64,000 nucleotides of DNA. Source: an uncultured Gammaproteobacteria bacterium (GTDB taxonomy: Bacteria; Patescibacteriota; Microgenomatia; UBA8517). Location: the NCBI GenBank assembly GCA_964427735.1, contig CAYRUS010000001.1:162173-226172 (forward strand). The letters are read 5' to 3'. The notes beneath the pieces were generated by a model. The model worked only from the letters and a program-made list of their open reading frames with translations, made no database searches and was not told where the DNA came from. Both the position numbers and the translations under genes were made by a program. Of the stretch, positions 9,915 through 19,867 are shown one piece after another (the stretch's first letter is position 1; each line of letters starts with the position of its first letter).

Positions 9915-10517
9915 TTATTGAAACAACCTAGCTCTGCCTAATTGGTATTTAGGATTTTTGTTTTTCCTTTCTCCAATAACCTTTGCTGGCACTCCTCCTA
10001 CAATCTCAAAATCCTTTACATCCTTTGTAACAACAGCACCGGCAGCAACAACTGCACCTTTACCAATTTTAACCCCTGGAAGAATTATTACCCTTGGACC
10101 AATGAATACATAATCACCAATTGACACAGGTTCCTCAATTGCAGAGAAATCATTACTGCTTATATCGTGTTCTGAGTTATAAACCATAACTGACGATGCA
10201 ATATCTGTATGGTTTCCGATAGAAAGAGATGATCTTCCATCAAGGAAAGCATGATCACCAATTATTGTATCTTCACCAATTTGAATATTTTTCAGTTCAA
10301 AAAAATTGACCCACATATGAATTGTAGACCCCTTTCCAATCTTCATTCCTGACAATTTGTAAAAAAATTTTCTTATAGTCCAGATAGGTATATTACCCAC
10401 CCATCTTAGCAGCATCAACTTAAAATCCAGCCAATAATTATAAAAGCGAGTGATGATTTTTTTGGAAGCCTGACCCCATGTAAGTTCATTTCCGTGCTTG
10501 TCTTTAAATATAGCCAT
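9915..10517 (-). CDS. Hexapeptide-repeat (left-handed beta-helix) sugar O-acetyltransferase
   Basis: Repeating [LIV]-G-x-x-x-x-I hexads (IGEDTIIGDHAFL, IGNHTDIASSVMV, IGDYVFIGPRVIILPGVKIGKGAVVAAGAVV). About 200 aa, as in WbbJ/WcaF-type acetyltransferases. Confidence 0.75.
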   Translation of the reverse strand: MAIFKDKHGNELTWGQASKKIITRFYNYWLDFKLMLLRWVGNIPIWTIRKFFYKLSGMKIGKGSTIHMWVNFFELKNIQIGEDTIIGDHAFLDGRSSLSIGNHTDIASSVMVYNSEHDISSNDFSAIEEPVSIGDYVFIGPRVIILPGVKIGKGAVVAAGAVVTKDVKDFEIVGGVPAKVIGERKNKNPKYQLGRARLFQ

Positions 10518-10595
10518 TAAATTTATTATACTAAAATTTATCTAAGATATCAGACTTGGCTAAAAACAAGTAATTACAAAATGCAAAACAGATGT

Positions 10596-11726
10596 TTACT
10601 CTATAGATTCAATTATATTTAATGTTTTTCTCGCAGTTTTCTCCCAGGTGAAATTTTTTGACCATTTAACACCATCTTTAACCAATTTATTGTATTCTCC
10701 TTGCTCCAGTGAGATAATTCTATTGAATCCCCTGGCGATATCTTTAGTGTCATCTGGATCAACATACTCTACTACATCTCCTCCAACTTCCTTTAAACTT
10801 CCTCTGTCACTGGAAACCACTGGTGTTCCTACAGCCAAAGACTCAAGAACATGTAACCCAAATCCTTCCCAGTATGACGGTGTAGCAAGTAATTTTGCTC
10901 CAGTCATTAGAGTCACCTTATCTTCCTCTGGAATGAAACCCGTAAAAATAACATCATCTTCCAAGTTTAAATTCTTAACAATTGAAAATATATTTTCATA
11001 AAGCCATCCTTTTTTGCCTGCTACTACAAGTTTTAAATCACTTTTGTTTTTATTTTTTAGCAAAGAAAATGCATTTATTACACCATCCACATTTTTACTT
11101 GGCTTTAAAGTTCCCAAATATAATATATACTCATTTGGAATTTTATATTTATCCTTTATACGTCGCACATTATTTTTGTACTTTGTTTGATTAAAGAGAT
11201 CTTTGTCATAGGCGAGGTGCGTAATGATGATTTTATCTGAGGCTGAAGAATAGTGTCGTACAATATCTTTTTTAGTCGCTTCACTAATCGCAATAACTCT
11301 TTTTGAAACTTTTATACTCATAGCAGTCCAGTACTTTAACTGCCAAAATACATGCGTTTTAAATTGTTCCGAACTTTCGAGGTATCCAAGGTCCATTATT
11401 GAGCAAATTTTAGGCATTGGAGAAAATGGCGGAACATAATGACTAGGAGTAAACAACACATCTGGTTTGTTTTTTGCTTTATAGAGATAAGGCATTAATA
11501 CTGTTATTATCCATAATCCCTTACCTGGTAAAACTTTATATTTCCAGTGTTTGCTTTCCTCGGGCAGTTCTTTTAAAGGAGCATCTTTTAAGAATATAAC
11601 AAATTTATGTTTATCTTTCCACTCTGGTTCTAGTTTTTTTATTGCTTTTAGTAATTCAAATGCATAAGTGTTAACACCAACACGGTTTTCTACATTTGCC
11701 TCATTACCATTAATCCCAATTAACAT
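10596..11726 (-). CDS. Glycosyltransferase family 4
   Basis: WEGFGLHVLESLAVGTPVVSSDRGSLKEV motif. Confidence 0.8.
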   Translation of the reverse strand: MLIGINGNEANVENRVGVNTYAFELLKAIKKLEPEWKDKHKFVIFLKDAPLKELPEESKHWKYKVLPGKGLWIITVLMPYLYKAKNKPDVLFTPSHYVPPFSPMPKICSIMDLGYLESSEQFKTHVFWQLKYWTAMSIKVSKRVIAISEATKKDIVRHYSSASDKIIITHLAYDKDLFNQTKYKNNVRRIKDKYKIPNEYILYLGTLKPSKNVDGVINAFSLLKNKNKSDLKLVVAGKKGWLYENIFSIVKNLNLEDDVIFTGFIPEEDKVTLMTGAKLLATPSYWEGFGLHVLESLAVGTPVVSSDRGSLKEVGGDVVEYVDPDDTKDIARGFNRIISLEQGEYNKLVKDGVKWSKNFTWEKTARKTLNIIESIE

Positions 11727-11735
11727 ATTTAAATT

Positions 11736-12836
11736 TTACTCTAATGCTTGTTTGTATACATCTAAAGTTTTTTTGGCAGTAATCTCCCAGCTAAATCTTT
11801 TTAAATTCTCTTTACCTTTCTTTTCTAGACTTTTTCTCCGTCTCATTGCTTTTTTGATACCTTCTGCAATCGATTCATGAGAATAGGGATCAACTAATAT
11901 AGCTGCATCACCAGCAACTTCGGGCATACTGGAGATATTAGAAGTTACAACCGGTGTAGCACATGCCATTGCCTCCAAGATTGGCAATCCGAACCCTTCA
12001 TATAATGAAGGATATAAAAATGCTTCAGCTCCTGTATATAGTGAAACTAACTCTTCTCCTGAGATATGCCCTGTGATTCTTATATCCCTTTCTTCATCTA
12101 AGTTAATATATGTAGGTCTACCAACCATTATTAGCTTTAGATCTTTTCCTCCTTTTACTTGCTCAAATGCCTTTATTATTCTCTCCGAATTTTTTCTTGG
12201 GTTTATACCTACAGTCAATAAATACCCACCACTTACTTTGTATTTTTTCTTTACTGCTTCTATAGACTTTTTACTTGCAGACTTAATATCATCTGATACA
12301 GCCTCTGGTATTACTACTATTTTATCTTCATTAAAATCAAGCTCTATTAAATCTTTTTTTGTTGCTTCCGATGGAACAATTATTTTATTTGATTCTTCTC
12401 TGACCCAGGCAAGTTTTCTTTTGTGAACTGAAAGAATTTTAGGATGAGTCAGCTTAGGAAATTTTAGAGGTGAAAGATCATGTATAGTTGTAACTTTCTT
12501 TGCTTTGGCTGGCGGCTCACTCCAGTCGGATGTATGAACTAAATCTACATTTCCAATAAGTCTTTCTATAGTTAAAATATGAAGTCGATTCCACAATAAA
12601 TCTGCTAGTGTGGGAGATATAGTAGAAATTTTACCGGTTACATTTTTATTAAAATTATTGGCGAAATCTTTTAACTCATTTTGTCTTCTTAATGATCCCC
12701 CGAACAAAACATATTCATTTTCATTATTTATCTTTATTAAATTTTCAACCAAATTTTTGGTATAAATTGAAACACCTGTACCATACAATATTGGAGAAAT
12801 ATCAATTGCTATTTTCATTTTTATATTTCCAAACAA
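11736..12836 (-). CDS. Glycosyltransferase family 4
   Basis: YEGFGLPILEAMACATPVVTSNISSMPEV motif. Confidence 0.8.
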   Translation of the reverse strand: MFGNIKMKIAIDISPILYGTGVSIYTKNLVENLIKINNENEYVLFGGSLRRQNELKDFANNFNKNVTGKISTISPTLADLLWNRLHILTIERLIGNVDLVHTSDWSEPPAKAKKVTTIHDLSPLKFPKLTHPKILSVHKRKLAWVREESNKIIVPSEATKKDLIELDFNEDKIVVIPEAVSDDIKSASKKSIEAVKKKYKVSGGYLLTVGINPRKNSERIIKAFEQVKGGKDLKLIMVGRPTYINLDEERDIRITGHISGEELVSLYTGAEAFLYPSLYEGFGLPILEAMACATPVVTSNISSMPEVAGDAAILVDPYSHESIAEGIKKAMRRRKSLEKKGKENLKRFSWEITAKKTLDVYKQALE

Positions 12837-14220
12837 CTATTCCGTTAAAATCATACTCATTTGTTTTCTCATAACCCAAGTTTTCTATTTTTAAACGCGT
12901 AGTATCGTCCGGATCAAAAACCTCCTGAACGTACCTAAACAACCAGATTGCCTTATAATTATTGTTTAATTTGTCAACTGAAAGCAAGTGATTATCAAGC
13001 TGATAATATTTTATTGCCTCTGTTTGGGAGTTTGACGAGGTTAAAACTGCATAACTTTCTACATTCTGATCTTTAATAAAACTAATCGCTCCTCTCCAAT
13101 CTTCTCTATGAAATTTTGGACTCAAGAGATAATATGTCGAACTTAAAATATTAATAGTAAGAACAATAAAAATAATTTTATCAGCATTTATTTTATCAAC
13201 TCCTAGCGCTACCAGTATCCAAAATGCTGGCAAGATAAATAATAATCTAAAGTAAGAAAATATTGATAACTTAAATCCTAAAAACCAAGTTAAAAGCAAA
13301 GGAACCAAAAACCACATGACTATTAAAAACACCTTCTTGTTTTCTTTTGTTATTCCTCTTAGAGCAAGCCCCCAAACAACAAAAGTGGTTAATATTGATG
13401 CCAAAGCATAAAAAACCTTGTTATCAAAACTTACTCTACCTATTACAAACTTTACTATGACAAGCAAAGTCTCTTTTATGTCTGTCTTACCTAATACCTG
13501 CCACCACAAAAATTGATTATCTTCAACAGAGAGACCCAAATTTAATTGTTGAGATAAATAAGGTAACCACCAAATAAAAACAATAATTAAAGGCAAATGA
13601 GTTGTTAAAAATTTTCTCCACCACAGCTTATCTTTTTTAGATAAGTAAGCATGAATCCAAAAGACAGGAATAATTAAATTTGGCAGATAATCAGTCAAAA
13701 AATTACAAGCTAAAAGAGTACCAAAAGCCATCCAATAAAAATAAGAATTACTTTTATAGATTTTGAGATATAAATAAATTAATAATGAAACTAAAAATGC
13801 AGATAAAGCATACATTCTTGCTTCCTGAGAATAGTAGATATGCAAACCAGAAGTTGCTAATAACAGTGCTGAAATAGTAGGTAGATATTTATTTTTGATC
13901 TCTAACTCTCTTGAAATTAAATAAACCAAAAATATAGTAAAAGTCCCAACCAATACAGAAAACAACCTTAAATGAACTTCACTAAAGCCAAAGATTTCTC
14001 CCCATAATTTAAGTAATAAATAATAAAGCGGAGGATGAAAATCTCCTGGGGAAAACTTATTTAATATTTCGCTAAACGATAGATCCCTAGTTACATAGCC
14101 ACTGGTTGCCTCATCCAACCAAAAAGATTGATTAATCGAGATTAACCTGAGCAGTAAAGCCATAAGTAAAATAAAAAATATAGTTTTACTTTTAAGCAGA
14201 CTGAATAAATCACTTATCAT
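12802..14220 (-). CDS. GT-C membrane glycosyltransferase, PMT/ArnT-like (GT39/GT83-like)
   Basis: 472 aa polytopic protein with the N-terminal loop motif INQSFWLDEATSGY (the D-E dyad of PMT/ArnT enzymes). Confidence 0.65.
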   Translation of the reverse strand: MISDLFSLLKSKTIFFILLMALLLRLISINQSFWLDEATSGYVTRDLSFSEILNKFSPGDFHPPLYYLLLKLWGEIFGFSEVHLRLFSVLVGTFTIFLVYLISRELEIKNKYLPTISALLLATSGLHIYYSQEARMYALSAFLVSLLIYLYLKIYKSNSYFYWMAFGTLLACNFLTDYLPNLIIPVFWIHAYLSKKDKLWWRKFLTTHLPLIIVFIWWLPYLSQQLNLGLSVEDNQFLWWQVLGKTDIKETLLVIVKFVIGRVSFDNKVFYALASILTTFVVWGLALRGITKENKKVFLIVMWFLVPLLLTWFLGFKLSIFSYFRLLFILPAFWILVALGVDKINADKIIFIVLTINILSSTYYLLSPKFHREDWRGAISFIKDQNVESYAVLTSSNSQTEAIKYYQLDNHLLSVDKLNNNYKAIWLFRYVQEVFDPDDTTRLKIENLGYEKTNEYDFNGIVVWKYKNENSN

Positions 14221-15898
14221 TTTCTTCTATTTTATAAATTTTACACATGTCGTGGCACGCACTTTTGACTTCTGTTAATTTAAAACTTTGTTTTAACTCA
14301 TTGAAAGACTCATGTAGATAAGATTCGTTTCCTAAACCATAAGTTGAAACATATAATTCGCGGCCATTAATTAAATATTTCTCATAAAGAACATGTAAAT
14401 CAGAATAATCCCCCGGCCCCCAAATCTTTTCTCTGTTTCTTCTGAATTCCTGATGAGGAGAAAGAGGAAGCAGATCATACTTTCCATTAGAATAAAAATC
14501 TATGTAAAAGGGAATCATAGGTGAAATAACCACAGGCTTTTTATCTGACTCTTCAATTTGATCAAAGAATTTATTGAGCTCAAGGACTGAAAGATAATAC
14601 CACGGTGTCTCGGCATATCTTAAGTTTAGTACAGCTTGATATCTTAACCTTTGTAAATTAGAAAAGAGATAAATTACGGACAAAATGCCAATTAATAAAT
14701 AAAAAACGTATTTACGCTTTTTGTCTTTTGTATATTCATAGAGAAAATGTAAAAACAATCCAAATCCTAACAAAAGTGATGGTATTTGGTGATATAAATA
14801 TCTCAAATCAACAGCATAAAAAGATGAGATAAATATGAGCTGACTTAGGAGCATAATTGTTAAAGCAACTGACAGCAATCTATATTTTTTCTTCGTAAAT
14901 CCAATTATTAATCCTATAAGTCCAGGCATTGAAACATAGATTGGTAAAACAGGAGTAAAATCCCACAAAAACCTGACATTTCCTCCAATAAATGAGTCTA
15001 AATAAATCGGAAAGTTTATTTGAAAATACTCTAATGAGAACCAGGCAGACTCACCTGAACCAGGAGACATTTCTGAATAAAAAAAGCCTGGAAATACTCC
15101 TTTAATTAAAGTTAACAATGAGTCTAAAGGATTTAATTTAATTGTAAAATTTGCATAAACAAAAGCAGGTATAGCAAAAATCAAAGTCAAAATAATAAAT
15201 CTAATGGCATTTTTAGAGTAATATTGCTTCTTTTTTGTATTTTTAAAAAGTACTTTTGTTAAATAGACAATTCCATATACAAGTGTTACTGGTAGGTAAG
15301 CATATTTGGTGGCAAAAAATGAAACAGGAACTAACGCAGAAAGAATTATATTTCGATAGTTAACATCTGATATAACAAGATAAACAGCAGATAAAAAAAG
15401 AGGTAAAATTAAATTTTCAGCCATTGCCCATTGCGGATACCAATAGAGAAAAAAATTAGTTGAGAAAAGAAAAATTGTAAGACCAACTATCCACTTATTG
15501 AAATTTAACTTTGTTAAGATTTTATAAAATACCACTAAGGAAAATATTGATAATAAAATGTTAGCAAAATAAAACATTCTGGGATCCTGATTTAAGGCTA
15601 AAAAAGGAAATAGAACAATACTGTACAACGGAGGAACTGAGGGTATAATTCCTTCTAAACCTTGTCTTGCTATTACAAATCTTCCATCTTCAAGTAAGTT
15701 TAACGGGGGTACGAGATAGTGAAAGGTATCAGGATATGGCTCCAAGTTAGGGATAAGCGTTCGGGTAGAAAATGGATTTCGCCATAGTAAAACTATAAAA
15801 GTAATTAAAGAGAGCAAAAAAAATATATTTGGTTTGGAGATTCTATCTAATTTTGTAATAAATTCTTTTAGTTTTGCAGTCACAAATAATTTTAGCAT
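14210..15898 (-). CDS. Large polytopic membrane protein, possible GT-C-like transferase (unassigned family)
   Basis: 562 aa with many TM segments and a C-terminal soluble region of about 150 aa. No canonical DE loop motif. Confidence 0.4.
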   Translation of the reverse strand: MLKLFVTAKLKEFITKLDRISKPNIFFLLSLITFIVLLWRNPFSTRTLIPNLEPYPDTFHYLVPPLNLLEDGRFVIARQGLEGIIPSVPPLYSIVLFPFLALNQDPRMFYFANILLSIFSLVVFYKILTKLNFNKWIVGLTIFLFSTNFFLYWYPQWAMAENLILPLFLSAVYLVISDVNYRNIILSALVPVSFFATKYAYLPVTLVYGIVYLTKVLFKNTKKKQYYSKNAIRFIILTLIFAIPAFVYANFTIKLNPLDSLLTLIKGVFPGFFYSEMSPGSGESAWFSLEYFQINFPIYLDSFIGGNVRFLWDFTPVLPIYVSMPGLIGLIIGFTKKKYRLLSVALTIMLLSQLIFISSFYAVDLRYLYHQIPSLLLGFGLFLHFLYEYTKDKKRKYVFYLLIGILSVIYLFSNLQRLRYQAVLNLRYAETPWYYLSVLELNKFFDQIEESDKKPVVISPMIPFYIDFYSNGKYDLLPLSPHQEFRRNREKIWGPGDYSDLHVLYEKYLINGRELYVSTYGLGNESYLHESFNELKQSFKLTEVKSACHDMCKIYKIEENDK

Positions 15899-16038
15899 TT
15901 ATTACTAAACAAAATGTATAATCTCTCTTATAATAAACTAGCATGAAATTTTTACTCTTATTTTCCTCCATGCTTTTAATCAATGAATTAAAATGGTTTA
16001 ACAAAAACTAATGTTAAAATTACCTTGCAAACTTCAAA
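15899..16038 (-). promoter_or_regulatory. 140-bp AT-rich intergenic gap in a mostly gap-free minus-strand gene run; candidate internal promoter/terminator region
   Basis: One of the few gaps over 100 bp. Contains TATAAT-like hexamers; no clear hairpin. Confidence 0.25.
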
Positions 16039-17022
16039 TTAACGCCTGTTAATTTTCTCAAATAACTTTTGACTTAAAATTTCAGTGTAGTGGGGAATTG
16101 CAGTTCTAGGGTTTTTGTAAATATTAAGTATTTTCCATAATTTTGAATTTTTAATAGTAGCTAGTTCGTGCCTTAATTGATGATTTTCTGCTTTTTCTAT
16201 ATTTTTTTGATTAACAATACTTGCATATTCTCTCAATTCACTATTACTAAATAATTCTTTAAAACTATTTTTTTCCCAATATTTCAAAAATTCCATAAAT
16301 CGATAAAATTCCATCAATTTACTAGTTACATATCCATGTACGCCATCTTTATATCCTTCTTTTATTGAATATCTATAAGCAAATTCTCCTTTCATATATC
16401 TCTCTAATAAATCCAGATCTATATTATCAATTAAATCAAAGTAATTAGATTTTTCTGCATATCTGTCAGTTCTCTCTAGCCACTGTGATATAGCTGAGTA
16501 ATGATAGTGAATAATTGAATTTTCTTCAGTTGCACTTAACACCTTCACTTTTCCAATAAATTCAGGTTGCTGATGAATAACCTCTGACCATCTAACGTGT
16601 CCTTTTTTGAATAATCGAGTTTGATAATCAGGCCAATAATCTGAATGTTTAATCCATTTTCCAAAAATTATATTTTTTCTTGGAATATTAACAACTTCAT
16701 AATCCATATCAGAAATAACTTTTTTAATTACTTGTTTTAAATTATTAGCTAATCTTTCATCAGCATCTAATAGGAGTATCCAATCACCTTTTGCCTTACT
16801 GATAGCTTTTTGCCTTGCTGGCTCGACATATCCATAATCTTTTACCTTAATTATTCTGGCACCGAGCTTTTTTGCCTTCATTACAGTATCATCTGTACTA
16901 TTCATATCAGCAATAATTATCTCATCACACAAATCCTTAGCACTGTTTATACATTTAGTAATATTTTTACTTTCATTTTTTGTATTTATAACTAAACTAA
17001 TACTTAATTTCTTGTTTTTCAT
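16039..17022 (-). CDS. Glycosyltransferase family 2 with conserved C-terminal extension (paralog of 53222..54121)
   Basis: LSISLVINTKNESKNI ... IIIADMNSTDDT ... YVEPAR ... LLLDADERL, then NIIFGKWIKHSDYWPDYQTRLFKKG, which is shared with three other GT2 genes in the window. Confidence 0.8.
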   Translation of the reverse strand: MKNKKLSISLVINTKNESKNITKCINSAKDLCDEIIIADMNSTDDTVMKAKKLGARIIKVKDYGYVEPARQKAISKAKGDWILLLDADERLANNLKQVIKKVISDMDYEVVNIPRKNIIFGKWIKHSDYWPDYQTRLFKKGHVRWSEVIHQQPEFIGKVKVLSATEENSIIHYHYSAISQWLERTDRYAEKSNYFDLIDNIDLDLLERYMKGEFAYRYSIKEGYKDGVHGYVTSKLMEFYRFMEFLKYWEKNSFKELFSNSELREYASIVNQKNIEKAENHQLRHELATIKNSKLWKILNIYKNPRTAIPHYTEILSQKLFEKINRR

Positions 17023-17069
17023 TTATATTTAGTTTAAAAGTATGTATTATACTCATTATAATCTTATTT
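17023..17069. promoter_or_regulatory. Divergent intergenic region between the minus-strand GT2 gene and the plus-strand methyltransferase gene; probable divergent promoters
   Basis: 47-bp AT-rich spacer between genes transcribed in opposite directions. Confidence 0.3.
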
Positions 17070-17780
17070 ATGTTTGGAATAAAAACAAGAATAGTTAAAA
17101 CAAACTCATTTGTTAAATGGAAATTTGAAAATTATAAAGCATATCAAGATAGAACTAATCGAATTAACAAATATATTAAGTCACATAAAGTAAAGAAACT
17201 TAATCTTGGTTGCTGGCCTTATTTAATGGAAGGTTGGCTAAACACAGATCTCTACGGAAATAAAGACCTTACTCCACTAGACATGACCCAAAGATTTCCA
17301 ATTAATGACTCAACTTTTGACTATGTTTTTTCTGAACATACCATAGAACACTTTACACTAAAAGAAGGATTAAATATTTTAAAAGAATGTTATCGAATTC
17401 TTAAACCAGGTGGGAAAATCCGTCTTGCTACACCAGATCTAAAATTTTTAATTGACTTATATGGTTCAAAAAAAAGTGAACTTCAGAAAGAATATGTTAA
17501 CTGGGCTACTGATGAGTTTTTAAGATCCTCAAACTTTAAAGGTGATGTTTATGTTATAAACAATTTTGTAAGATCTTGGGGCCATCAATTTATTTATGAC
17601 TATAAAAGTTTAAAGAATTCACTACTCACTTCAGGCTTTATAAAAATCAAAAAGTACAAACCAGGAATTAGTAAAGATAAGGAACTTAAAGACCTTGAGA
17701 TGCACTGGAAATCAATTGGAAGAAAAGATTTCAATGACTTAGAAACATTTGCAATTGAAGGAACAAAACCAGATAAATAA
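17070..17780 (+). CDS. Class I SAM-dependent methyltransferase
   Basis: LNLGCW ... D motif I region and ILKPGGKIRLATPD (post-I/II region), typical of Methyltransf_11/23-type enzymes. Confidence 0.7.
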   Translation: MFGIKTRIVKTNSFVKWKFENYKAYQDRTNRINKYIKSHKVKKLNLGCWPYLMEGWLNTDLYGNKDLTPLDMTQRFPINDSTFDYVFSEHTIEHFTLKEGLNILKECYRILKPGGKIRLATPDLKFLIDLYGSKKSELQKEYVNWATDEFLRSSNFKGDVYVINNFVRSWGHQFIYDYKSLKNSLLTSGFIKIKKYKPGISKDKELKDLEMHWKSIGRKDFNDLETFAIEGTKPDK

Positions 17781-17810
17781 TTTAATGGATTATACAATTT
17801 ACAATACTAT

Positions 17811-19850
17811 ATGAAAAAATTTCTTCTAACCTACTTTTCTTTTTGTTTCTTTTTCTTCACTTTTTTTGCTTCAGGATTCGTTGAATCACAAGATGGTCAA
17901 CAATACCTAGCAATCGCAAGGAGGATTTATTATGACAAAACTTTGGAAATGCCAGAAGAAGCTTATCCTACAGAAAATATATATATGGCTATTCGAATAG
18001 GAAAAGATAGCAAGAGATATAGTCTTACAGGTTTAGGTTACACTCTAGCATTACTTCCGTCAGTTTTTGCTGAAGATATGTTTTTACGAATCACTGACAA
18101 AGAATCCTTAAGTGCTTTTCCTCTTCAATCAGATTGGCCAGTTCATTTATTTGCTAGTTTTACAAACGCTTTTTTCGGAGCAATTTTAGCTAATGTAATT
18201 TATCTTTACCTTAGAAGTTTTAACATCAAACACAAGACAGCTTTGTATTTAAGCTTCATTTCAATTATTTCAGCCAACCTCTGGCCTTATACTAAGCATT
18301 CCTTTGCTCACATAATGTTTGCTAGTTTCCTAACTTTAACTTTTTACTTAATTCGTATAAGTAAACTAGAAATGAATAGTAAGTATCTATATTTTGCCGG
18401 AGTTAGTTATGGCATAGTTGTTATTTCATATAATCCGACGTTCCTATTTGCTTTACCTGCACTAGTTATTTATTATTTTTCATCGTTCAATATAAACATA
18501 CGAAAACTTCCATTTAAATCAATCATTAAGGACCTTGCATACGTAACTTTAGGTATTCTTCCTTTTTTATTTATTTACTATACATTCAACAGGTACAGAT
18601 TCGGTAGCGGCATTTATTCAGGCTACGGAGGAACTCTTGTACCTGAAGCATATGTATTTGTTGAAGGAATATGGAATGTATTATTAAGTCCTGGAAGAAG
18701 CTTTATTCTCTACTCACCGCTGTTAATTATACTTATTGTGTTTTGGTTTAAGTTAAAGAAAGAGTTACTGCCTGAAACTATAGCATTTGCTGTTCTATCT
18801 TCTACTTACATTATACTTATTGGCACTTTCGTAGGAGGAACAGATTATCTAGTTTGGCATGGTGAATCAAGCTGGGGACCACGTTATATGACTCCAATTA
18901 TTCCTCTAGCAATGATTTTGGTTGGCAACATATTTACTAAATTAACCAAAAAAGAAAAGCTTCTTGTTTTTTATCCATTGATGGCTATAGGAATTTATAT
19001 TCAGGTTTTAGGTATATTATTTCCTTATCAAATAAAATTTGCAGGTCTTCAAATGGATGCCTTTTTTAATGGTCGTAACTTTAATATGTACGAATACGGA
19101 AATGAAATTCCTAGATACTCCCCTATATTCAAAATGACAAAAACATTAGCAAAACGAACATTAAATATTAATCAGCAATTTAATCATGGAAAATATAATC
19201 TTCGTTTGTATGACGGCTTTTATCTTCCTTTTGAAACAGGTGTGGGAATTTGGAGAGAGATCATGCCATCAGCAAAAATATCATTTGATAATAATAACGT
19301 TGAAACAGTAAATTTTCTCATTTCCAACCATCTTATAAATTCAGAAAGCACACACGCAGCCAGACTAAATATTAGCGTTAATGGAACAGAAACAATAAGT
19401 GATTTTAAAATCGATCCTGGAAAAGAAGAAGTAATTGAACTTGACTTAAGTGGTGTTGAGAAGAATAATGTTTACAACCTAGATATAAATTATCAGTTTG
19501 AAGGAACTTCATTATCAAGACTTAAAAACGAGCACGTCCTTTTTCTAAAAGATTTGAAAATCAATGGAGAAACTCAAAACATATCAACTATTGACTTTCC
19601 TTATGTCTCACCAGTTTCCCAAAGTTTATTGGGTATTGAATATGGGTATTGGGGTGGTGAACAAAGTGACCCTTGGGAATTGTGGCATCTAAGGTCAGGT
19701 GTATACGAAAAAACCTTTGATTTCTGGTGGCTAAGACCTTATCATTATTGGGACTTGCCTTATAAGCTATTTATTGTCTTACTTTTTACTAACATCATTT
19801 TTTTGATATATTTCGGGATAAAGTTAACAAATCACGAATCGCTTAATTAG
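17811..19850 (+). CDS. Polytopic membrane protein with a C-terminal extracytoplasmic domain of about 250 aa; GT-C-like (divergent ArnT-like)
   Basis: 679 aa. N-terminal loop GFVESQDGQQYLAIARRIY resembles the ADEAIYVRWAQ loop of the ArnT-like protein at 60021..61607. About 12 TM segments; beta-rich C-terminus. Confidence 0.45.
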   Translation: MKKFLLTYFSFCFFFFTFFASGFVESQDGQQYLAIARRIYYDKTLEMPEEAYPTENIYMAIRIGKDSKRYSLTGLGYTLALLPSVFAEDMFLRITDKESLSAFPLQSDWPVHLFASFTNAFFGAILANVIYLYLRSFNIKHKTALYLSFISIISANLWPYTKHSFAHIMFASFLTLTFYLIRISKLEMNSKYLYFAGVSYGIVVISYNPTFLFALPALVIYYFSSFNINIRKLPFKSIIKDLAYVTLGILPFLFIYYTFNRYRFGSGIYSGYGGTLVPEAYVFVEGIWNVLLSPGRSFILYSPLLIILIVFWFKLKKELLPETIAFAVLSSTYIILIGTFVGGTDYLVWHGESSWGPRYMTPIIPLAMILVGNIFTKLTKKEKLLVFYPLMAIGIYIQVLGILFPYQIKFAGLQMDAFFNGRNFNMYEYGNEIPRYSPIFKMTKTLAKRTLNINQQFNHGKYNLRLYDGFYLPFETGVGIWREIMPSAKISFDNNNVETVNFLISNHLINSESTHAARLNISVNGTETISDFKIDPGKEEVIELDLSGVEKNNVYNLDINYQFEGTSLSRLKNEHVLFLKDLKINGETQNISTIDFPYVSPVSQSLLGIEYGYWGGEQSDPWELWHLRSGVYEKTFDFWWLRPYHYWDLPYKLFIVLLFTNIIFLIYFGIKLTNHESLN

Positions 19851-19867
19851 GGATTGATAATAGATAC

